DNA from: Octopus vulgaris
Taxonomy: Eukaryota
Reading direction: 5' to 3'
NCBI GenBank assembly: GCA_951406725.2
Contig: OX597814.1
Location: forward strand, 74,214,001-74,278,000
Length of the DNA: 64,000 nucleotides
Shown: positions 11,618 to 23,665 of the stretch, piece by piece
Position numbering within the stretch: position 1 is the stretch's first letter
Layout of the letters: the number at the start of each line of letters is the position of its first letter
Position numbers and translations under genes: made by a program
The notes under the pieces: generated by a model
Database searches by the model: none
What the model was told of the DNA's origin: nothing
The model's input: the letters and a program-made list of their open reading frames with translations, nothing else

Positions 11618-14596
11618 TTGTTTTATAGCTTTTGTTGTTTCTTCTTCTTCTTCTTCTTCATATTTGTTAGGTGGTATGATTTCTTGTCAGCTTCCTTAAA
11701 TACTGAGAACAGTTTTTTTGTTTTGCTGCTATTTGTATCAGTTTTCCCTGCTTCTGAAGTAGATATTTTTGCAGTCCTATGGTGGTTATTTTATAATAGT
11801 CTTCCAGCTGTATAAGGCCTCTACCACCTTCTATACGTTGCATATATAGCCTTTCTATGTCAGATTTTGGGTGATGCATCTTAGAGCCTGTCATTATTTT
11901 TCTTGTTTTCCTATCTATTTTGGTCAGTTCATTTAGTGTCCAATTAAGGATATTGTAGCTGTAACTTATAACTGGGACAGCTAAAGTTTTAATACCTATT
12001 ATCTTGTTTTTAACATTGAGCTCTATTTTTAGTATTGATCTAACTCGTCTATAATATTCTTTTTTTTATTTTCTCTTTCATTTGTGTGTGTTGTATCTTA
12101 TCTAGTTCATGGATCCCTAAATATTTGTAAGTTTGGCTTTGGTCTAATTCTCTTATTTCATTGGTTTTATCTAGTGTGATGTTGCTACTCTTAACTAGTT
12201 TTCCTCTTTTCATGGTTACTATCTATTTCTTTGGTAAATCCATGAACTGTCTTTAGTAGTGTTTCCAGCTGTTTGTCATTTGTGGCGTATAGTTTTAGGT
12301 CATCCATATATAAAAGGTGGCTGACCATTTTGCCGTAACATTTGTATCCGCATCCAGTTCTATTTAGCATATCAGATAGAGGTGTCAGTGCCAAGCAGAA
12401 AAGGAGTGGAGAGAGCGTGTCTCCCTGGAATATTCTTCTTCTAATGGGGATGGCTTTGGTTTTCACGAGTCCCTCTTTTGTTTGGAGCTGTAGCACTGTC
12501 TGCCATTTATTCATAGAGTGTCCAATGTATTTTATAATTGTTGGTGCTACCTTGTTAATGGCTAGTGTTTCAAGGATCCACTTGTGGGGAATGCTATCAA
12601 ATGCCTTTCAGTAGTCGATCCAGGCCATACTGAGGCCTTTCTTCTTTCTGCGGCTGTCTTCAGTTATGGCTTTATTGATCATTAGTTGATCTTTACAGTC
12701 ATATGAGCCCTTGCAGCATCCTTTCTGCTCTTCTGGAAACAGGTTGTTTTCGTCCAGGTGCTTGTTCAATCTTTGCGATATTACTGCAGTAAAGGCTTTG
12801 TACATAGTAGGGAGACAGGTTATAGGTCTGTAGTTTTCTGGTTTTGCCGTTTCATTGGATTTGGGAATTAAGATGGTTTTCCCTTTCGTGAGCCATTCAG
12901 ACATTGTCTCTGGCTCTGCCAGTATGTTGTTAAAGTTTTCAGCCAGCATTTTGTGCATTCCTGTCAGATATTTCAACCAGAAGTTGGGGATCTTGTCATG
13001 TCCAGGTGCCTTCCAGTTGCTTAGTTTTTGCAGTGCCTGGGTGACCTCTTCAGTTGTTATGGGGGTCTAGAGTTGCTCAGATGCTAAGTTTGTTGTTTTA
13101 ATGCTCCTTTTCTATGGTTGTTCATTTGCCGACCATATTTCTTTCCAAAATTCTTCCACTTCTTCTGCCATTGGTGCTGCAGTGATGTCTATTTTATTTT
13201 TTCCAAGTAGAACTTTTTGTTCAAAGAAACGTTGGCGTTTCTCATACCAGTGGATCCTTTGTGCTTTGGCAAGGATATCTTGCTTTAGCTTTTCTTTTAT
13301 CTCAGGTAAATCTTTTCTCATTTTTTGTATTTTTTGGGGGGATGTTATTTATCCACAGGGTTTGTTAGGGTGATGGTACTCCTGTTTGGATGGGTTTGAG
13401 TGAGTATCCAGCTTCTTTTGTGGCTGCTGCATATACTATGTCATTTAGCTCAGTGACATCGCTATTTGTTTCAGTGGCTATTAGTTCCGTGATGGCTAGG
13501 TTCATGCTATTTATTATTGATGTTGTTTTTTTGTCTATTTTGATTTTTAGGAGGTATGGTCGGTGGTCCATTCTGAGATCTGTGGTTTTCAGTTCTTTGA
13601 TTATTCTACTTTTTATAGTATCATAATCATTAGGCTCCCCTTCGTTGTTTCCAGGTTTTAGATTTGTGTCGCTTTCTTTCTTATTCGTATGTTTGTCTGT
13701 CGTGTATTGGTTTGCTGCTTTTCATATGGTCTGGTTTTGTTGGCTTTTGTTTACTTCGTTTTTGTTGGAAATGTTACGTTTGTCTTTGTGTTTTACTATT
13801 TCAGTGTTTATATTATTTGGCATTGTTGTGTGGCTTCTCTCTACATTTTCCTGATGTATTTTTTCTTTTAAATGTTCTATTTCTATTTGTGATATTTTTT
13901 TGCATTGAGAATATATCTTCATATGTTAACTAGTTTATTAGGGTTCATTGCTGTATCCAAGTCTTTATTTATGTTATTTTTCTTCCATATTTTATATGAA
14001 TATGTTGTTGTGTTTTTGCTCTTTGGGGATCTTGTCGTGCCCAGGTGCCTTCCAGTTGCTTAGTCTTTGCAGTGCCTGGGTGACCTCTTCAGTTGTTAAA
14101 TAAGCATGTAGGATTGAAATATATTCCTCACGTGTCCATTTATGCCTTTTTGGTTCTATTTGCGGGACATGAGGAACAACGTCTGGCCCTTTGTTTTGAC
14201 AGTCATCATTTTCATAGGGTACCGGTCCATTCATTTCTGTTGTCACATTGTTCTGCACGCGTAGTTTTTCATACTTTTTGTGTAACAAGTTGAAAGTATG
14301 CACTTCCCAATTGTTATTCTTGGGTTGAATAATACCGGTATTATTTAATTTATTTGTACATGGTGTTTGGGGTTGGAGATGGTCTGGTGTTGTTAGATCG
14401 TAATGTATCAAGCATGTTTACATGTGCTTTGGAGTTAAAATACATCATTTCATTTGGAAAATAGTAATAAATTTCAATGAGTATTACTTACTCGGATATA
14501 GTCCAATCCTTTGTCAGCTATTTTTTGGCTCCATGCAATGTCTTTATTTCCGATGTTTGTGGATAGATTTCGGAGCACTGTTTTATCGCTCTCACA

Positions 14597-14666
14597 TGTT
14601 AAATGTCCCCCGGTGTTCTCTGTTAAACGTCCCCCAGTGTTCTCTCTGTTAAACATCCCCCGGTGT
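14597..14666. repeat. Three ~24-26-bp tandem units at the Dong 5' end
   Basis: tgttaaa(c/t)(g/a)tccccc(g/a)gtgtt repeated three times. Confidence 0.8.
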
Positions 14667-14689
14667 TATTATTATTATTATTATTATTC

Positions 14690-14765
14690 AGGTCACTGCC
14701 TGGAATCGAACTCAGAATCTTGAGAGGTTAGTAGCCCACGCTCTTAACCACTACGCCATATGTCC
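14690..14765 (-). mobile_element. tRNA-like SINE head
   Basis: A box TGGCGTAGTGG, anticodon-like loop CTACTAA, B box GAGTTCGATTCC; no intact acceptor stem; followed by (AAT)n. Confidence 0.75.
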
Positions 14766-14843
14766 ACGTGTATATGTAAATAATCTATATATGTATATAT
14801 ATATATGTATACATACATACATATACGTATATATATATATATG

Positions 14844-14887
<44 letters not shown>

Positions 14888-14940
14888 TAGATAGATAGAT
14901 AGACAGATAGATAAATAGATAGATAGATAGATAGATAGAT

Positions 14941-15083
14941 ACGATGGGCTTCTTTCAGTTTCTGTCTACCAAATCCACTCACAAGGCTTTGGTCACCCCA
15001 AGGTTACAGTGGAGGACACTTGCTCAAGGTGCCACACAGTGGGACTGAACCTGGAACCATGTGGTTGGGAGGCAAGCTTCTTA
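14941..15083 (-). mobile_element. 5' half of tRNA-derived SINE (partner of 10133-10350)
   Basis: Reverse complement aligns to 1955-2098 (aagcttgc..ccaaccac..gccttgtgagtggatttg..gaaactgaaagaa). Confidence 0.8.
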
Positions 15084-15094
15084 TTTCTTATTTC

Positions 15095-15424
15095 ATATTT
15101 CATTATTGCCCACAAGGGGCTAAACATAGAGGGGACAAACAAGGACAGACAAATGGATTAAGTCGATTACATCGACCCCAGTGCATAACTGGTACTTAAT
15201 TTATTGACCCCGAAAGGATGGAAGGCAAAGTCAGCCTCAGAGGAATTTGAACTCAGAATGTAACAGCAGACGAAATACCTATTTCTTTACTACCCACAAG
15301 GAGCTAAACACAGAGAGGACAAACAAGGACAGACAAACGGATTAAGTCGATTACATCGACCCCAGTGCGTAACTGGTACTTAATTTATCGACCCCGAAAG
15401 GATGAAAGACAAAGTCAACCTCGT
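15095..15424 (-). mobile_element. Two tandem 5'-truncated Nin-domain-type SINE copies
   Basis: ~185-bp unit repeated; contains the reverse complement of cctttcggggtcgataaattaagtaccagtt, as in Nin-DC SINEs. Confidence 0.75.
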
Positions 15425-16008
15425 ATACTGGTAGAATGTGTTTATAAAACATCTTTTTCTCTTGGCTTTATTGAGAAAATTCTATAGTTTGTAAGATATT
15501 TGTTGTTTTTTTCTTCAATTTCTGCAATTTCAACCAATCAATGACGTCCATTGAGGTAAAAAACACATTCTGTGCCATATGAATATGTCCCTCGTTTAAG
15601 AAACATATTGGGTGGATCTTTTCGCTTTGAACGGCAGTTTTTTCTAGCGGTGTCATATGAAATTGTCACCCATAATTATGACCCTAGTATTGATCTATTG
15701 CATTTCAATCTATTTTAGGGTTAGGGGTGGAGGGAAGGGTATCTTTTTTCTTCACAAATGTAAATAAACCCAATCTGTTTCTTAAACGAGGGACATATTC
15801 ATACGGTACATAATGTTTTTTACCTCAATAGACGTCACTGATTGGTTGAAATTGCAGAAAAAACAACAACAAATATCTTACAAACTATAGAATTTTCTCA
15901 ATAAAGCCAAGAGAAAAAGATGTTTTATAAACACATTCTACCAGTATACGAAGTTTAAAATTTTTTAGTTACCTAGAAATTATGTTAAAAACTGCCGTTC
16001 AAACCGAA
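15421..16008. mobile_element. GGATC-family MITE (15614-16008) preceded by an inverted arm fragment (15421-15612)
   Basis: ggatcttttcgctttgaacggcag...ctgccgttcaaaccgaa; 15421-15612 is the reverse complement of ~15768-15951; homologous to 19496-20264. Confidence 0.8.
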
Positions 16009-16719
16009 TTGTTTAGCACCACTCAGTGGAATCGATGTGATTTGAAATGGACTGATTAAAAACTCACGTGTTGGGATCTAATCCCAAGCAAAAATTTTAA
16101 ATTATACCCTTAATATATTCTGTTGATATCAGCGTTTTCTTTAGTTTCTAGAATCTGATTCTTTTCTCCTAACATTACTTAATTTTATTTTCTTGATTCA
16201 AGCAACAAATCTCATAAAGTCTACACCGATTGGTTTGTGTTATGTAATAAAATTGTTTGCTATATTTTATCAAAAAGTTATTTATATTAGAATTAAGAAT
16301 TCCAGTTTTAAAAACTCCTTTATTTTGAATGAAATTCTTGTACGTGATGGAAATGTAAAATTCCCTCACGACAAAAGACAGGTTTGTTACGAGACGCCAT
16401 TAATTTTTTTAAATAATAAAACAATAATATTTCAAATAAGTATATTAGTAGGGGGTTTACTCATATTAAAAGAATAAAATATAGTCAATTCGCTAATAAA
16501 TGCTGTCTAACTCTGGCATAAATCAACAATTTTGAGATGAGTGGTAAGTTGAAGATATTGACTCAGTACTTGACTGGTATTTTATTTTCTCGAAGTTGAT
16601 TTCGGCAGGATTTGAACTCAAACTTTGTGAATAAATCCCGTATGCAATTCCTTTTAAATCTACAACTACTATAGTAGATTTTAAAAAAAAACAACTACTG
16701 TCTTTGTTAATATATATTC

Positions 16720-16940
16720 TATATTTATTTCCCATAAGGTGCTAAACATAGAGGGGACAAAAAAGTACGTACAAAGGGATTAAATCGATTACATCGATCC
16801 AGTACGTAACTGGATCGATGTAATCGACCCCGAAAGGATGAAAGGCAAAGTTGACCTCAGCGGAATTTGAACTAAGAACGTAACGGCAGACGAAATACGG
16901 CTTAGCATTTCGCCCGGCGTGCTAACTATTCTGCCAGTAC
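16720..16940 (-). mobile_element. Nin-domain-type SINE
   Basis: gaccccgaaaggatgaaaggcaaagttgacctcagcggaatttgaact; same family as 15095-15424. Confidence 0.75.
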
Positions 16941-17662
16941 GTAGCCCTTATACATTCTATAGTAAAGAAAAACCAAAAACGAAAATATGTACATTTTGAA
17001 ATATTGTTCTTAAGAGAGATTTATTGATGTTTGTGTTTGTAGAGTATTGCTATTTTGGTTTCTGTTTCTACTTTCTTGGGTTTGCAGCTGTAATATGAAG
17101 GATCAACCATAGATCAGGGAGGTGTGGCAGAGAAGCAGAAGACAGAGTCAATGACGACATGTTCCTTTATTCGCTGGTTGCTGTTTTGCCTCATGAAGCG
17201 GGAATGATGGTTGTCGCGCTTGAACAAAGAATCCCATAAAGTTGATTTGCTGATGATGAATCGATATCGCTGGCTGCTCTTGGCGCCAACGCTTTCGTCA
17301 TTCTGTTCATGAGGCGTTGGTGAAACAAAATGTAGAATTTGTATATTTTAATAAATTATACGACTGGGTGAGGAGGATTGATGGTGAAAGACCTGAAAAG
17401 TTGTGAGGTTCCCGGAACATTAGTAGCAATGCATCCCAGAGCAACCACAAAACTAAAACAAGTATCAAAAAAATTATTAGAAAATATAAAATTGATAAAA
17501 GAAAACCTAACAACGCTAGTTAGATTTGGAATATATGATGGTTTTTACCTGTACAACACCAAACATTTCCTGAGATAACAATAGACTCGCCCAGAACTCT
17601 TTCAAAGAAACGCAGCGTAATAAAATCTTTGACAGTTATTGTTGAGAGAAGCACCAGACAAT

Positions 17663-17917
17663 ATGCCTGTTACAACATCTGATTCCGAGGACAATATCGA
17701 TACAAAAAGCAGCTCCAATATGTCTGCAGAAAATCCGGATTCCAGTGAAGTTAACCAGTCGGCAGATTCTGATCAAATTAAGCGATCAAGAAGACAGCGA
17801 AAGAATATTCGCCGCCGGGAACTTCTCAAAACTGTGAAAAAGAAACCTCCGGTCAAGCATGCACCTCAGATATACAAACCTGTCTTGAAGGAATTTACTC
17901 CAATAATTTATACCTGA
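17663..17917 (+). CDS. Candidate orphan small protein (84 aa; acidic/Ser-rich N-half, basic NLS-like C-half)
   Basis: ATG with A at -3; MPVTTSDSEDNID...KRSRRQRKNIRRR..KKKPP. Lies in unique sequence downstream of a strong splice acceptor at 17087. No homology recognised. Confidence 0.3.
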   Translation: MPVTTSDSEDNIDTKSSSNMSAENPDSSEVNQSADSDQIKRSRRQRKNIRRRELLKTVKKKPPVKHAPQIYKPVLKEFTPIIYT

Positions 17918-19495
17918 CTTTAATAATGGTCACTGAATATTGTTTTGACTGTACTGGTGTTTGTTCAAGTTGTCCTACATAAAATTTTGTAATTTAACTG
18001 TATTTGGGTTTTGTGTCTTAAACCTTTCCACGCCAAATTTTGTTATCGTTCCGCATAAGATAGATTTTAAAAAAAATAGAAGTGCTGTAGTTTTAGATTT
18101 ATAAATTCCATTGCTATCCCATTTTCATTGAAAATCAATATAAAAAGGTGTCGCTTCGGCGGAGTTTTGCAACAGCTATCATTGCTTCGTGGGAAATGAA
18201 AAGTGGGGAAAGAATTGAGTCGAGATTTATTATTTAATATTTCTGATTGCTATTCCAAAACTCCGTCATTTGATTTAGGTACAGCTGATTTATCTATCAA
18301 GGTACCTTATTATTGGAAAGTACTTTTGCCATAAAAATGTCTTCAGCCTAGCCCTAAAGGTTTGTATTTGTATTTTTCTTTAATATATTGTAAAACTGGT
18401 CTTGGTTTTTCATTTTTCTCACGGGCCTTCAAAAGGCTTATAAGCTTCTGGTTTCAATTTTTTCAGTTTTTTTCTGTTTAATTATTTAGTTTGTACTTGG
18501 CCGACATAAATTTATCCGTTTGTATCCATAAGTTCAGCTGTAAAAACTTGAGCCACCTCAATCTTTAAAACCGGTAAACTTAAATCATTTATTACTCTGC
18601 CACTTCTTTCATAAGACTGGGCGACCTTTTTTAAGTGTATAGCTAAAGTAGCGATCTAGGAGTATAGCGTATCAATTTCACTTTTTTATGGAATTTTCTA
18701 AAAAGTAATTTTATTAGTTTGCACTCCTGCTGTGCTCATGAAAGTGTTCGTTTTTTGTTTGTTTGTTTGTTTTTAATTGGTTCTATGACGATAGTTGTTT
18801 TAATCTGTATAACTTATACATAAGTGAACGGTACGTTATAAAACCAGATGGCCAATGATTTTGAGACAAAATGCTTCATTTGCTTCCTTCGCCACAAATA
18901 AAAGGCGAGCTAAACTTTGAGCACAAGTTTAATAAAACCCTGACTTGTTTAATAACAAATTTTTAAGTTTTCATCTTTTTAATCTACACTAGTATCGAAA
19001 GAACCTCGCATTTGTAATCTTCCATTAATTAATTGCTTTAATGACTTTCATGTAAGTCAAGTATAACATTTAACCTGATCCTCCGATTTACTCGTCAGTA
19101 TTGCCATCTTGCCAGTGTCTTTTGCTGTGACAGTTAACGTCTTTCGCTATTCCTAGCTGCGTCTTTGGATTCTTTCCATGACCCACATTTAAATTTTTTT
19201 TTTTTTTAACCTTGTTCTATATTATTACTTTTCGCCATTCTAAGGTCTCACAGCAACTTTCAGTTTTTGAAATTTACTGAATACTATTTTGTTTCAAACC
19301 AACGTGGGCAACCTCTACGCAATTGCTCGACCTGCTAGAAATAACTGCCAACTCTCCTTTAGTGCACCTACGTTGGATACACTGAAAGCGGAAAAAAACA
19401 AGGTATTATTTGATCCTTTCACCCGTACGATTTTCACTAAAAAAAAATAAAACTCGGACTTTTTGCGTGGAACTTCCTAATATGCCGCAAACACC

Positions 19496-20264
19496 GGATC
19501 TTTTCCTTTTGAACGGCACATGTCAACACAATTTCTAGTTAACTAAACACTTTTAAACTTCGTATACTGGTAGAATGTGTTTATAAAACATCATTTTTTT
19601 TCTTGGCTTTATTGAGAAAATTCTATGGTTTGTAAGATATTTCGTCTGAAATTTCGAGCAATTTGGCAATTTTAACCAATCGCTGACCTCCATTTGGGGT
19701 GAAAACATTCCGTGCTGTCCCTCGTTTAAGAAACAGATTGGGTTTATTTACATTTGTGAAGAAAAAAGATACCCTTCCCCCACCTCTAAATCTAAAATAG
19801 ATTGAAATGCAATAGATCGATACCAGGGCCATAATTATGGGTGACATTTTCATTTGACACCGCTAGAAAAAAATCCCATTTTCCGTAGCGGTGTCGTATG
19901 AAATTGTCACCCATAATTATAACCCTAGTATCGATCTATTGCATTTCAATCTATCTTAGATTTAGGGTTAGGGTGGGGGAAGGGTATCTTTTTCTTCACA
20001 AATGTAAATAAACCCAATCTGTTTCTTAAAGGAGGGACATATTCATTATGCTGAGAATGTTATTTACCTAAATGGAGGCCAGCAATTGGTTAAAATTGCC
20101 GAAATGCTCGAAATTAAAGACGAAATATGTTACAACATATAGAATTTTCTCAATAAAGCCAAGAAAAAATGTTTTATAAACACATTCTACCAGTATACGA
20201 AGTTTAAAAGTGTTTAGTTAACTAAAAATTGTGTTGGCATGTGCCGTTCAAAAGGAAAAGATCC
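19496..20264. mobile_element. Palindromic MITE with GGATC termini and 8-bp TSD
   Basis: Arms of ~370-380 bp are reverse complements; TSD caaacacc at 19488-19495 and 20265-20272. Confidence 0.93.
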
Positions 20265-21041
20265 CAAACACCTTATTTTTGTTCGGAAAAGGAGGGGAAG
20301 CCCCCCGCCCATATCCAAGAATCATTGGAACTTTTTTTGGTAATTTTTTTGTGTAACACCCGCACGATTTTCACTAAGGAAAAAAACTCTGTTTTTTGCG
20401 TAGAATCAAGAACCCTGACCTCCTAATATGCTGCAAATCCCTTATTTTTCGTTGAATGAATTCCTATAACCTAATATGCTGCAAAACACGAAAAATGGGG
20501 TGGGGTTAGATGGAAGCTTCGAACCCCCCCCCCCTCGATCTTTTCACCAGCACGATTTTCAAAGGAAAAAAAAAGGATTGTTTTTGCGTGGAATCAAGTA
20601 CCCTGACCCAATATGCTGCAAATCCCTTATTTTGGTTCGGAAAAAAAGGAGGCGATGGGGGACCTCTCCATCCCGGAATCATTGGAAATTTTTTTTTTTT
20701 CGTTGAATGAATTCCTGTGACCTAATATGCTACCTTTTGGGGGTCCGAAAAACAGAGTGGGGTGAGGTGGAAGCCTCAGAAATTTCACCCACCTCCCATT
20801 GATCTTTTCAGAGTTGGGGTTTTAGGGTTACGGTTAGAGGGTCAGGGTTAGGGAACTCCGTCCTGGATTCATTGGAATTTTTTTTTTTTTTCCTTAGTGA
20901 AAATCATGCTGGTGAAAAGATCAGCTGCAAAAAGAAATTCTACTTTTGGCGCCGAAATGTGTTACATTTTTGTGTGGAGAGAGAGTGGGTGACGAAGTTT
21001 ACTAAAACGTTGAATGGGTAACACTCTATCATAATTATATA

Positions 21042-21122
21042 CATCATCATCACCGTCGTTTAACGTCTGCTTTCCATGCTGGCATGGGTTGGACGGTTTG
21101 ACTGAGGACTGGCAAGCCAGGA
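21042..21122 (-). mobile_element. RTE 3'-end stub
   Basis: catcatcatc..gtttaacgtc.gctttccatgctggcatgggttggac matches the RTE 3' termini at ~25345 and ~50620. Confidence 0.75.
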
Positions 21123-22369
21123 AAATCTGTTCGGGATTATTATGTGTTTTTTTAAATTTTATTTATTTATTTTTTTTAGATTATTTATCATTCTTTATCT
21201 TTCCACTGACTTCGGTACCACTGTGACTTCTATAACCTCTGCATCTTCACTTATTCATTTCAAACTTCTTTGAATTTTCAATCTAAAGTAATCCACACTC
21301 TCTGGAAAACGTATTTCTGCAAAATGTTATCTAAAATTATGGATAAAGAAATAGCAAAAAATATTTGAAAATGGTGGTGGGGTGAAATTTCCGAGGGTTC
21401 CACCCCGCCCTACCCTGTTTTATGAACCCCAAAAAGTTTAGGGCAAAACTTCTTTTTGTAGCCCCACCCCCAAAACACCCCCTTTTTTTTCTACACAAAC
21501 CTCAGTTTTCGGCTACGGAGAATACGAATCTGCAAAAAAAATTGGCATTTTTAAATTACCCCCACCCTACTGTCTTCATTTAAAACTTTTTTCAGAAATT
21601 TTTTATTAATAAGCGGAAAAATACGGAGAATATGATTCTGAAAAAAAATTTCCGAAAGTTTTGGTGGTTAGGGTTACGGAAATGAAAAATGAAGAAATGG
21701 GGAGGTCGAAATTTCAAACTGCCGGTTTTTGACAATTTTCCAGAATCTACGTCTCCGAAAACGGGTTTTTGACAAAAAAAAGGGGGGGGGGAGAAGATGG
21801 GGAGGAAGTCTTTCCGGGGTCCGGTTCCCCCCACCTTTTTTTTTCAGAACAAAAATAAGTTTTGCAGCATATTACTTGATTCCACGCAAAAAATTCGAAT
21901 TTTTTTTTTTTTTTTTTTTTCTTAGTGAAAATGGTGCGGGTGAAAGAATCAAACAATACCATTTTGTTTGCATATTCAGAATCTCCGTCATTGAAAACCT
22001 AGGAATCCGCTGAGAAAAAAAAATCCGAAAGCTCTGTTTTTGTGGGTGGATGACTGTCGTCAAGCTCCACCTTTTTATCTTATTTTATTTATTTGTTTTT
22101 TTTGTTAAAGCAGTAAGTTGACGTAAATTTGAAATATTTTGGTGATATGCAGAAATCCTTAAAATTCTAATATTTGCGAGACGATTGCAAAAGATTTAAC
22201 AGTTTGGAAATTAAATACCAGGAATACAAAGCGGCATATGAAATTCTATTGGTTTTAAGGGAATCCTTGATAAAGCTTAGATATGGCTTGTACACAGTTG
22301 TGTGTCCAGATGCATTTACCATTTCTCTATAATAATGATTGTTTCAAATTTTGATACTGGGTGAGCAGT

Positions 22370-22510
22370 TTTTGGAGGGAGGGAGAAGTCGATGTAATCG
22401 ACCCAAGTACTCCACTGGTATTTGTTCTGTCGACTTTGGGAGCATTTGAAATCAAAACGAAAAGCTGAAGAAATGCCGATAACCATTCTGCCAGCTCGTC
22501 ACCTTGGGGA
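22370..22510 (-). mobile_element. Degenerate Nin-type SINE fragment
   Basis: gtcgatgtaatcgaccc..actggta..gtcgactt..atttgaa..attctgccagctc. Confidence 0.55.
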
Positions 22511-22748
22511 ATTTTAATTTCTGACAATTTGAAATGCTTGCAAATGCCAACAAAATTTATGTACTTGGTTATCGTTTCCAGCAAGAAATTAAAATTCAAT
22601 TTAAAAAAAAAAAAGTTATAGAAAATATATACAAAATAAATGATGTAGGCAAAAAATTAGAAAGATTCATCCATTTTTAGATATTTTATACTAAAAAATA
22701 AAACAAACCGAAAACGGGCACTCGCGAAGTTAATCATGTCGGAGGATA

Positions 22749-23058
22749 TAAGGGGCGGTAATTTGCTTTTACTAATCAGGTATTATTAATGATACGAGGG
22801 GCCAATTTTCCTCTGTAAACTGAAAATGAAAATTACAAAACTTGCAAACGTCTTAAACATACTTACTCTGTTTTATTTTTGTCATATATTACATCATAAA
22901 ATGGGCGAAGGTAAAGCGAGTGCACACCATCTAACCCTAACGAGTGTACACAGTAAAAAAAAAAAAAACTGATTAAAAACAATCAAGAATTTGCAAACGA
23001 TATTGTCAAACTCCTTGTATCATAATAGCCGACTGGTTAAAGTAAATACCGCCCCTCG
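22749..23058. mobile_element. MITE with ~50-bp imperfect TIRs
   Basis: aggggcggtaatttgcttttactaatcagg..gatacgagg vs ccttgtatc..gactggttaaagtaaataccgcccct. Confidence 0.6.
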
Positions 23059-23469
23059 TATTTCATTTTCTTGGAGAGGTGCGTTTCTAAAGGAGCGCCG
23101 TGTTTTTTGTTTTGTTTTTTTTTTGTATAATTTAAAAAAGAGTTTTTTTTTTGTATAATTTAAAAAAGAGTTTTTTTTTTTTCAAGGACAAAAATATCAT
23201 TCTGTATAGAAATAACATTTATACGACTGCAGAATAAAAGAACATTTAATACTATAGACAATAGATTTAAAATTGTCTTCAATTCAAAACGAAGAATCTG
23301 AAGACTCAAATTCTTGCATTTGTCATAGAAAAGATTTTGGAATTGAAAACCTTGTGAAAGTACAATACTAATACTACCACTAATGAATACATTTTAGTTT
23401 CGTTTTCTCAGATATTCTGCCATAAAGCTATATAAACTACATTGAATATTGAAGAAATATACTTTCTGC

Positions 23470-23665
23470 TAAAGGCACAAGGCCTGAAATTTAAGAGAAT
23501 GGAATTGTAGATTACAGTGACACCAGTGCTCAACTGGTATGTATTTTATCAACTTTGAAAGGATAAAAGCTGACCTTCGTAGAATTTGAACTCAATGCAT
23601 AAAGCCAGAAGAAATGCTGCTAAACATGTCCAGCATACAAATGATTCTGCCAGCTTGCTTGCTTT
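23470..23665 (-). mobile_element. Nin-type SINE
   Basis: aaggcacaaggcctgaaattt..cagtgctcaactggta..agaatttgaactca..attctgccagcttgc; sister copy at 32720-32935. Confidence 0.65.

Larger units (their letters stand above)
10647..14666 (-). mobile_element. R4/Dong-clade non-LTR retrotransposon, near full length, frameshifted
   Basis: RT motifs NYRPITCL, EEQKG, IFQGDTLSP, HLLYMDD; CCHC finger CRICG..ETINHIISGC; RHD; RLE motif RPDIVV. Flanked on both sides by (TAA)n, the known Dong target. Confidence 0.92.
19400..21960. mobile_element. Complex of modular GATCTTTTCACC-ended foldback elements
   Basis: Unit gatc(c/t)tttcacc(c/a)g(c/t)acgattttca...ttttgcgtggaa...ctaatatgc..caaa occurs at 19412, ~20357 and 20537, and inverted at 20880-20922 and 21840-21950. 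Confidence 0.65.

Noticed and set aside
14690-14765. Possible tRNA gene
   Set aside because: Acceptor stem does not pair and it continues into a SINE body; treated as a SINE head.
19623-19853. Similar short ORFs at 19623-19853 and 30242-30445
   Set aside because: Both lie in arms of the same non-coding MITE; the similarity reflects the repeat, not a gene.
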